Origin: Gammaproteobacteria bacterium
GTDB taxonomy: Bacteria > Pseudomonadota > Gammaproteobacteria > Arenicellales > Poriferihabitantaceae
DNA length: 64,000 nt
Reading direction: 5' to 3'
NCBI GenBank assembly: GCA_022827325.1
Contig: JAJDTE010000067.1
Location: 41,120-105,119, forward strand
In this document: piece by piece, positions 8,234 through 15,640 of the stretch
Position numbering within the stretch: position 1 is the first letter of the stretch
Layout: each line of letters begins with the position of its first letter
Position numbers and translations under genes: made by a program
Notes under the pieces: generated by a model
Seen by the model: the letters and a program-made list of their open reading frames with translations, nothing else
What the model was told of the DNA's origin: nothing
Databases searched by the model: none

Positions 8234-10389
8234 GCCGTGACCCCTCCCGGAACCCTGCGCCGGTCGGCATTGATGGCCACCAGGGTCAGCAGCACGGCGA
8301 GTATGACCAGACCGCCAATGGTTGCCATCGCCCCGGGATAGGACAACTGCTGCACCAGCAAGGCGGCCAGCAGGGGCCCGATCACCAGGCCGATCCGGTC
8401 CACGAAACGGTATATGCTGATCGCGACCGGGATCTCGATCTGGTCGCGATAGCTGTAGATGATCTGCTGCATGATGGCATAGAGCGGCGACATGACCAGG
8501 CAGTGTCCGGTGCCGACGGCGATGATCGCGATCAGCACGGCACGGGATTCACCGCCCAGCAGACCACTCGCCATTCCCGCAAACAGCCCCAGTCCACTCA
8601 GCGAAGCGCCCGCGACGGTGAAGGTGACATACCTTCTCGTATGGTCGGCCAGACGCGCGATGACGGGTGTCCCGACCACGATCAGCACCCCGTACAGCAT
8701 CATCATCTGGCCGATCTCGGTATTGCTGTGGCCGAGATGGTTCAGATACAGCGGGACCAGGAAGAACAGGAACGCGGAAAGCGTGGCCCTGGTCGGCACC
8801 GCCGTCAGCACGGTACCGATGAACCGGGCGTTCCCGAACAGGATCTTCCACGGCTCAAGGCCGGTTGCCTTCGATTCCGGGGAGGGTATGGGCTTGACGT
8901 TCGACTCGGCGTCCAGATCCCTGAGCAGCTGGTACGCCACCAGCCCGGAGACCACGGACAGGCCTGCCGAAATGAGAAACGTCATCTGCTGCCCCACGTA
9001 GTCGGCGAACATCCCCCCCATGGAAGGGCCGCATACGTAGCCCGCGAAAATGGCGCCCACGAATGCCGATGCACTGTACGCCCGGTTCGTTTCCTTGGCA
9101 TACAGGGCCACCCAGGTTTCACAGGCATTGAATATCAGGCCGTAGCCAATACCGTTCAGACAGCGCCACAGGATCAGCTCGGTGTAGCTGTCGCTGAAAT
9201 AGGTACCGCAATAACCGACGAACGCGCAGCAGATACCGGCGAGGAAAAGCCTTGAACTGCCCAGGCGCTGGGTCAGCTTCCCGGCAAACAGGGTCGCGAC
9301 AAAGATCGCTGCCATGAACAGGGTGATCGGCAGGCTGATCATCACCTCATAGGAGAAAACCGGCTCGATCGGGATGAAGCTGCCAACGAAGAGCGGGAAG
9401 AAGGACCGGGACAGCTCCTCCGAGAAGATGAACAGGAAAAACGGAACGCGGATCAGGGACGGGGTCTTCTCGACGAGACCGAGCCGGTCCGAAAACCAGT
9501 ACCGCCTGTTGGCCTGCGTTTTCAGCATGGCGATCTTCTGGCTGACCAACGGATCAATCTGCGCATCCCTGAGTTCCCGGAGTTCGAACTGGAAATCCAG
9601 ATACCGCTGCTCCAGGTGGTACATCAGTCGATTGAGGTTGGAGACCATCAGGCCGATTTCATTCCGGGCCCTGAGAAACACCCGCTGGGTGAACTCTCCC
9701 TTCGAGCCCGCTTCAAGCACCTTCTGGATGTGCGCCGTGGGATCCAGAATGCGCAGGCTCATGAACATCATGAGAAATTCAAGGGTGATCACCATCGACA
9801 CGATAATCACGGCGATGATCTCATAGAGTACCGTGGCGAGCTGCCGCCGGACGTTGTCTCCGCTGACCCCCACATGCAGGGTGGCGTTCAGGTTGCCGTT
9901 CGAATAGATGGGGAACCCGCTGTCGATATACTTGCCGATATTCCCTGTCCAGTACGCCTGCGCGGGCGCACGCGGGTCGTAGGCGTTTTCCTTGAGCCGG
10001 CCCCGAAGATCTTGCGGCAGGTTGCGCTCGTACATGAGCCGGGAAGATCCGTCCACCAGGGCGAGGAACTGGATGTCCGTATTGGCATCCAGGATATGTC
10101 TGAAGTACTCGTCGACCCCGACCAGCTCACTCGGCGGTATGCCGAGATCGTTGATGGCATAGGACAGTTCGGAGGTCAGGGCCCGGCCCACAGCAATGGC
10201 CTTGCGGTTCAGTTCGGGCTTGAGGTCATCCTCGAATCCCTGCAGGGCGATCCAGGATATGACAATCTGACTGACCAGCATGACGACTCCGCCCAATACC
10301 AGGAGCCGGAGAAAGAGCCCTCTTTGCTGGGCCGAAACCTGCACGCCGACCGAACCCTGCTTCGCTGCCCGGTTCGCGCTCACACTCAT
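8230..10389 (-). CDS. Fusion protein: N-terminal TM, periplasmic domain, TM, HAMP-like linker, fused to a 12-TM MFS transporter domain
   Basis: 719 aa. Residues ~25-50 form a TM, followed by a ~150-aa extracytoplasmic segment and a second TM (IIAVIIVSMVITLEFLMMFM). A HAMP-like stretch follows (LRILDPTAHIQKVLEAGSKGEFTQRV...NEIGLMVSNLNRLMYHLEQ). The remaining ~400 aa are a polytopic MFS-like region (LNGIGYGLIF, GPSMGGMFADYVG). ATGA overlaps occur at both ends of the gene. Confidence 0.75.
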   Translation of the reverse strand: MSVSANRAAKQGSVGVQVSAQQRGLFLRLLVLGGVVMLVSQIVISWIALQGFEDDLKPELNRKAIAVGRALTSELSYAINDLGIPPSELVGVDEYFRHILDANTDIQFLALVDGSSRLMYERNLPQDLRGRLKENAYDPRAPAQAYWTGNIGKYIDSGFPIYSNGNLNATLHVGVSGDNVRRQLATVLYEIIAVIIVSMVITLEFLMMFMSLRILDPTAHIQKVLEAGSKGEFTQRVFLRARNEIGLMVSNLNRLMYHLEQRYLDFQFELRELRDAQIDPLVSQKIAMLKTQANRRYWFSDRLGLVEKTPSLIRVPFFLFIFSEELSRSFFPLFVGSFIPIEPVFSYEVMISLPITLFMAAIFVATLFAGKLTQRLGSSRLFLAGICCAFVGYCGTYFSDSYTELILWRCLNGIGYGLIFNACETWVALYAKETNRAYSASAFVGAIFAGYVCGPSMGGMFADYVGQQMTFLISAGLSVVSGLVAYQLLRDLDAESNVKPIPSPESKATGLEPWKILFGNARFIGTVLTAVPTRATLSAFLFFLVPLYLNHLGHSNTEIGQMMMLYGVLIVVGTPVIARLADHTRRYVTFTVAGASLSGLGLFAGMASGLLGGESRAVLIAIIAVGTGHCLVMSPLYAIMQQIIYSYRDQIEIPVAISIYRFVDRIGLVIGPLLAALLVQQLSYPGAMATIGGLVILAVLLTLVAINADRRRVPGGVTA

Positions 10390-11174
10390 GTCCCCTTGCC
10401 CTCGTCCAGTTCCCTGGCCCTGTCGACCGTGGTGTCCATGTCCTTGTAGGTCGCCAGCACCGCGGCGACGAACCTGCGGTAGATCGGGTGCTTGATGTCC
10501 GCCCCCTTGAGCACCGAGACATCCTTCTGTTTCGCCGTGGAGATGTTATCCATGATCTGCCCCATCAGCTTCAGTTCCCTGCAGGTCCGATTGAGCAGGA
10601 ACATGGCGCCGAGAAACGCGATGATGATCGAGATCCCCGCGGCAATGGAGTTGACGGCAAACAGGCGGCCAGCCTGTTCCTCTATTCTCTGGTCCAGAAA
10701 TTCCCGGGAATACCGGAGCACCAGGGAACCGACATGCTGGCCGAGGTTGTTCCTGATTGAAGTACCGACCACTACGGCGTCATGGTCCTGGGTCGACCAG
10801 GACGCGTTGTTGGAATTCAGGCGCCAGGTGCTGATCCATTCCTCCGGAACCAGGTCCCCCACGGAACTCGAGTCGGAGCTGTAAAGGACCACACCGTATT
10901 CATCGAACACCTCGATGGACAGGATCTGGCGGTCATCAAGGGCATATGCCTCCAGCACTTCCGTGATTTCGAGATTTTCCAGCACAAGGCCCAGGTCCAT
11001 CTGGTTCTCGACGTCGTTCCTGATCTCGCTCGTCACGAATTCGAACCGGGAAGTCAGCAGCTGTGAAAATGTCTGCCCGAACTTGTGCACGCTCAGAGCG
11101 CTGGTCGTGACGATTCCCAGTATCAGGATCGGCACCAGGAGCAACGCAACGCGGAATGCGAAACCGAAAAACAT
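10386..11174 (-). CDS. Sensor-like membrane protein (TM, periplasmic domain, TM, short cytoplasmic tail), no output domain
   Basis: 262 aa and the first gene of the operon. Two predicted TM helices (ALLLVPILILGIVTT and IAAGISIIIAFLGAMFLL) flank a ~150-aa segment. I recognise no specific family. Confidence 0.6.
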   Translation of the reverse strand: MFFGFAFRVALLLVPILILGIVTTSALSVHKFGQTFSQLLTSRFEFVTSEIRNDVENQMDLGLVLENLEITEVLEAYALDDRQILSIEVFDEYGVVLYSSDSSSVGDLVPEEWISTWRLNSNNASWSTQDHDAVVVGTSIRNNLGQHVGSLVLRYSREFLDQRIEEQAGRLFAVNSIAAGISIIIAFLGAMFLLNRTCRELKLMGQIMDNISTAKQKDVSVLKGADIKHPIYRRFVAAVLATYKDMDTTVDRARELDEGKGT

Positions 11175-11600
11175 CCGCTACTTCCCCATGGCGCCCGGGG
11201 ATGGGTTGCCGGCACCCGGGACCGGAGGGCTTCCTGACGGAACGGGATGACAAATGCTCTCCGCCAGTGCAACTCTGGAATGCTGACGGAATTCGGAAAG
11301 CAAGATCATGATGGGGTTGGGGTAATATTATTCAGCCGAGTTCCGGCCGGTCGGGCCAAAACCTGACACAACGAGGTCGCAACAACCTTGCCAATGGAAT
11401 ACTCAGGACAGTTCCAGTAACTAACGCACACTGTATCGGACAAACGGCACGGATAGCAAGGGCAATTGTAACCCGCCAACCCCCCGGCAAGGCCACCTGA
11501 CCGGACACCCGGGTCCGGCCGGGCAGGGTGACTGAACATGCCGGGCGGCGGCTGTCCCGGCACCGGCAGTCCATAAAATGTCCGCGAACCGGTTTTCAAT

Positions 11601-11629
11601 ATGACCGCCGACATACACTAAGATATACT
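11601..11629 (+). promoter_or_regulatory. Putative sigma70-type promoter for the ATP-grasp operon
   Basis: ATGACC (11601-11606), a 17-nt spacer, then TATACT (11624-11629), about 34 nt upstream of ATG 11663. Confidence 0.3.
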
Positions 11630-11662
11630 TTGGCATCGCAAGATTCCCGACAGTCCGTACCA

Positions 11663-13159
11663 ATGACCACGGAAACGCCGAGGCCAGGTTCTTCCGCGGC
11701 GGGCGAAATAACCACTTCGGGCGCACGCCTATTTGCCGACTACCAGGTCCATCCGTCCTGTTACGACGAGATGTTCAGGGCCAGCGGCATTCCGCACGAC
11801 CATTGCCTGGAACTGTGGAAGGCGCTCGATGCCATGTCCCGCACCGACATCAAGGCCATGCAGGAACGTGCCGAAAGGTCCTTCCTGCACGAGGGGATCA
11901 CGTTTGCCGTTTACGGTGATGAGAGTGCGCAGGAGCGGATCATCCCGATCGACCTGCTGCCGAGGATACTCGACGCCGGGACCTGGGATTTCATCGAGCG
12001 GGGACTGCGCCAGCGGATCAAGGCCCTGAACCTGTTCCTCGCGGACGTCTACGGACCGGCCCGGATTCTTGCCGACGGCGTCCTGCCGGGCGAACTCGTC
12101 TACAGTTGCCCCCAGTACCGCATTGAAATGCGCGGGGTGGAGGTGCCGCATGGCGCATACGTTTCACTTTGCGGGACTGACATTGTCCGGACGCACGACG
12201 GCTTCATGGTGCTCGAAGACAACTTGCGCGTGCCGTCCGGGGTGTCATACATGCTGGCAAACCGCAGGGCACTGAAAGCCAGTTTCCGGAACCTGTTCCG
12301 ACAGCACCGCGTGCGCGGCATCGAGGACTACGGTCTGCTGCTTCTCCAGACCCTGAAGGAACTGGCCCCTCCCGACATTTCCAACCCCTGTATCGTCCTT
12401 CTGACCCCGGGCGTCTACAACTCGGCATTCTACGAGCACATGTTCCTTGCCCGCGAAATGGGGATCGAGCTCGTGCAGGGCAAGGATCTTCTGGTCCATG
12501 ACGGTTTCGTCTACATGCGGACGACCGGCGGCCTGCGCCGTGTGGACGTGATATACCGCAGGGTCGATGACGATTTTCTGGATCCCCTGGCTTTCCGTCC
12601 CGACTCGCAACTGGGTGTGCCCGGCCTGTTCTACGCCTACCGGCTGGGAAATGTGGTCATCGCCAACGCCCCGGGCACGGGGGTTGCCGACGACAAGAGC
12701 GTCTACCCCTTCGTCCCTGACATGATCCGATACTATCTGGCAGAGGACCCGTTGCTCGCCAATGTTGAAACCCATCTCTGCCGGCAGCCCGAAGGCCTGG
12801 AATACACCCTCGACAATCTCGAGCATCTGGTCGTGAAGATGGTCGGCGAATCGGGGGGGTACGGCATGCTGGTCGGGCCCCACGCAACACCCGACGAACG
12901 CGCCGAATATGCACGGGAAATTCGCAAGGATCCGTCCAATTTCATCTCCCAACCCACCCTCGACCTTTCCTGCGCGCCCTGCCTGACGGGCGACGGGGTT
13001 GCGCCAAGACATGTTGATCTGCGCCCTTTCGTACTGCATGGCCAGAACACGCGGCTGGTGCCCGGCGCATTCTGCCGGGTCGCCCTCACCCCCGGCTCCC
13101 TGGTTGTAAACTCCAGTCAGGGCGGTGGCGGCAAGGATTTCTGGGTACTTTCCTCCTGA
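11663..13159 (+). CDS. Circularly permuted type-2 ATP-grasp protein (COG2308 family)
   Basis: ORF 11528-13159; the likely start is ATG 11663. Family-typical stretches include CYDEMF, ERSFLHEGITFAVYG, IPIDLLPRIL, VLEDNLRVPSGVSYML, IANAPGTGVADDKSVY and VVKMVGESGGYGML. Confidence 0.85.
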   Translation: MTTETPRPGSSAAGEITTSGARLFADYQVHPSCYDEMFRASGIPHDHCLELWKALDAMSRTDIKAMQERAERSFLHEGITFAVYGDESAQERIIPIDLLPRILDAGTWDFIERGLRQRIKALNLFLADVYGPARILADGVLPGELVYSCPQYRIEMRGVEVPHGAYVSLCGTDIVRTHDGFMVLEDNLRVPSGVSYMLANRRALKASFRNLFRQHRVRGIEDYGLLLLQTLKELAPPDISNPCIVLLTPGVYNSAFYEHMFLAREMGIELVQGKDLLVHDGFVYMRTTGGLRRVDVIYRRVDDDFLDPLAFRPDSQLGVPGLFYAYRLGNVVIANAPGTGVADDKSVYPFVPDMIRYYLAEDPLLANVETHLCRQPEGLEYTLDNLEHLVVKMVGESGGYGMLVGPHATPDERAEYAREIRKDPSNFISQPTLDLSCAPCLTGDGVAPRHVDLRPFVLHGQNTRLVPGAFCRVALTPGSLVVNSSQGGGGKDFWVLSS

Positions 13160-13169
13160 CCGTATCGAA

Positions 13170-14147
13170 ATGCTGTCGCACAACGCCCAGGGACTGTACT
13201 GGATCGGCCGGTACCTTGAGCGGGCGGAGCATGGCTGCCGCCTGCTCGCGGACCAGCTCGAAGCCCTCCAGGACCGGCCGGTGGACGATATCGACCGCAT
13301 GTGGCGGCGCCTGTATGCAAGCCTGAAGCGCAGCCCGGCGGGCGGCAGCCTGGAATCCAACCTGAGCGATGAGGAATTCATGCTGGCGGATTCCTTTACG
13401 CTCGCCGACGACCTGACTTTCGAGCCGAGCAATCCTGGTGCCATCCGGAACTGCGTTGCGTCCGCGCGCGAGAATGCCCGCCAGGTCCGAAACTCGATCG
13501 GCAAGGACATGTGGTACTGCCTCAACACGGTTCATCTGGAACTGTCCGGCATCGAGATCGGGGACATCTGGAACAATCAGCCGGGGGATTTCTATTCCCA
13601 TACCAAGGACGCCATCCGGACGTTCTCCGGGGCCGCCGACAGCACCATGTACCGTGATTGCGGGTGGCATTTCCTGCAACTGGGCCGGTTTATCGAGCGG
13701 GCCCAGTTGCTCGCTTCCCTGCTGGACGCGCAGGTTTCAACCTTCCCCACCGGGGAACAGCAGATCGAGTCCGACTGGTGCTCCCTGCTGCGGGTCTGCG
13801 AGGCCAGGTTCGCCTACAGCCGCCGCCATTCGCTGGAATACCTGCCGTGCAACGTGATCGGATTCCTGGTTTCCGATCCCCTGCTGTCACATTCGATCCG
13901 ATATTCGCTGGCACGGATTACCGATGCACTTGACGCCGTTTCCGAGGAGCAGCCCGCCATGGAGGCGAGCCACCTGGGAGGGCGCATGTCGGCATACATC
14001 GACTACGAGTGGCCGGGCCGTGACCCCGAGGATGATCAGGCCACGCGCCATGCATTGCAAAGAATCCACGATACCTGCTGTCATCTTCACGACAACATCG
14101 AGGCGACCTATTTCAACTACATCATCGAGGACAGCCCGCGGTCATGA
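13170..14147 (+). CDS. Alpha-E domain protein (COG2307 family)
   Basis: Likely start ATG 13170 (MLSHNAQGLYWIGRYLERAEH), the hallmark N-terminus of alpha-E proteins. It immediately follows the ATP-grasp gene. Confidence 0.85.
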   Translation: MLSHNAQGLYWIGRYLERAEHGCRLLADQLEALQDRPVDDIDRMWRRLYASLKRSPAGGSLESNLSDEEFMLADSFTLADDLTFEPSNPGAIRNCVASARENARQVRNSIGKDMWYCLNTVHLELSGIEIGDIWNNQPGDFYSHTKDAIRTFSGAADSTMYRDCGWHFLQLGRFIERAQLLASLLDAQVSTFPTGEQQIESDWCSLLRVCEARFAYSRRHSLEYLPCNVIGFLVSDPLLSHSIRYSLARITDALDAVSEEQPAMEASHLGGRMSAYIDYEWPGRDPEDDQATRHALQRIHDTCCHLHDNIEATYFNYIIEDSPRS

Positions 14148-15103
14148 AGACGCCGCCACAGAGGTTCCTGGTCGAGCACCACTCCCACTTCCACTACACG
14201 GCACCGGCATACCATAGCGTGATGCTCCTTCGCCTGCACCCCCGGGAAGACTGTGGACAGCGGGTGCTGAAGTTCAGCCTGCGTTCGGACCCTGCCGCTG
14301 CACTCGCCTCCTTCGACGACGCGTTCGGCAATACGTGCCACCTGCTCAATATCCACCGCGAACACCGGCAGACCATCCTGAACTCCCGGGTACAGGTTGA
14401 AACCTGCCCGGCGCCTTCGCTCGAGACCCATGCCGAAAGCGACGACTGGGACGCACTATCAGAAATGGCAAACCCGATCCAGCTCTGGGAATACCTGAAT
14501 CCCAGCCGATTCGTCTACACCTGCCCGGCCCTAGAGTCATTCGTGACCGAGAACGGCATCCGCCGCGGTACCGGCCCGATTTCCTCGCTGCTCGAAACTG
14601 CATCCATACTGTACAAGACGTTCCGCTACGAACCCGGCAGCACCGAGGTGTACTCCCCGATCGAACATATTCTGGAGACCGGGCGCGGGGTCTGCCAGGA
14701 CTACACGCACGTCATGATCGCCATTGCCCGTTCCTGGGGAATACCGGGCCGTTACGTGTCGGGGTATCTTCACCTGGAAGGAATCGCAGGCGAACAGGTT
14801 CCCGCAGGCGCCAGCCATTCCTGGGGCGAGTTCCTGCTGCCCGGCCTGGGCTGGGTCGGCATCGACCCGACCAATGACACGCTCTCCGATCACCGGCACA
14901 TACGCATTGCCGTAGGCCGCGACTACGCGGACGCGGCACCGACCCAGGGGACCCTATTCAGTGGCGGTGAATCCGGCCTCGAGGTGCAGGTAACGGTCCG
15001 GGAGAGCGACGAGCCGGTGCCGGCGGTCAAACTGTACGCACAGCATGCGAATCTCATCGCCACCAGGGCGCCGATCCCGTCACAGCATCGCTCCGACCAG
15101 TAG
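14144..15103 (+). CDS. Transglutaminase-like cysteine peptidase family protein (Bact_transglu_N + transglutaminase core)
   Basis: 319 aa. Core motif GRGVCQDYTHVMIAIARSWGIPGRYVSGYLH...SHSWGEFLLPGLGWVGIDPTN contains the Cys/His/Asp triad. Its ATGA start overlaps the alpha-E gene's stop. Confidence 0.9.
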   Translation: MKTPPQRFLVEHHSHFHYTAPAYHSVMLLRLHPREDCGQRVLKFSLRSDPAAALASFDDAFGNTCHLLNIHREHRQTILNSRVQVETCPAPSLETHAESDDWDALSEMANPIQLWEYLNPSRFVYTCPALESFVTENGIRRGTGPISSLLETASILYKTFRYEPGSTEVYSPIEHILETGRGVCQDYTHVMIAIARSWGIPGRYVSGYLHLEGIAGEQVPAGASHSWGEFLLPGLGWVGIDPTNDTLSDHRHIRIAVGRDYADAAPTQGTLFSGGESGLEVQVTVRESDEPVPAVKLYAQHANLIATRAPIPSQHRSDQ

Positions 15104-15130
15104 CCCGCCACTTCCCCTTCCTGTCCTGCC

Positions 15131-15574
15131 GTGACCCTGCCCGCGGAACTTCTCAGGGCCTACACCGAAACCGCGTACCGCGTGTACGACGGGAACCATG
15201 TCGAAACCCTCCAGATCGGGAAAGCGAGCGACTTCATGGTTGCGCGCATGCGGCAACTCGAGGTGACCACGGCCTGCCTGATCACCGCCTGGAATCCATA
15301 CAGCGAACCGGCCGTCGAAACGGATAACCGGGCCCGGAACGCCGCCCTTGAGACCGAGATACGGAATGCGGGGTTTTTCCTGCTTCCGGGAAAGGGCGAG
15401 AACACCCGGGGTGAATGGCCCGGGGAGGAGAGCATTCTGGCTTTCGGTCCGACCCGGGCCCAGGCAACCGGGTGGTGCCGCCAATACCGGCAGCATGCAG
15501 TGGTCTGGGTCCGGAGCGACGGCATCCCGCTCCTTCTCCTGCAGGATGGGACCCTGCTGGAAGGGGAAAGCTAG
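15131..15574 (+). CDS. Hypothetical protein, DUF3293-like
   Basis: 147 aa with a GTG start, 27 nt after the transglutaminase gene. The ITAWNP motif and the size resemble DUF3293 as I recall it. This is not verified. Confidence 0.5.
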   Translation: MTLPAELLRAYTETAYRVYDGNHVETLQIGKASDFMVARMRQLEVTTACLITAWNPYSEPAVETDNRARNAALETEIRNAGFFLLPGKGENTRGEWPGEESILAFGPTRAQATGWCRQYRQHAVVWVRSDGIPLLLLQDGTLLEGES

Positions 15575-15640
15575 CGGGGATGTCGCCGCCGGGCGGGAGA
15601 TGTCCGGAGGCAGCGGCGATGGCCCGCCTAGCGGGAAAAA

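Noticed and set aside
11631-11645. A sigma54-like element, TGGCATcgcaaGATT, upstream of the ATP-grasp gene.
   Set aside because: The -24 GG is present, but the -12 region reads GATT instead of TTGC at the required spacing. It does not fit the consensus TGGCAC-N5-TTGCW.
12245-13528. A 427-aa minus-strand ORF. Similar cases are the plus-strand ORFs at 19406-20773 and 50152-51450 and the ORF at 15824-16969.
   Set aside because: Each overlaps, in antisense, a gene with strong family evidence (ATP-grasp/alpha-E, FtsX permease, amidinotransferase, gabT). They are treated as shadow ORFs.
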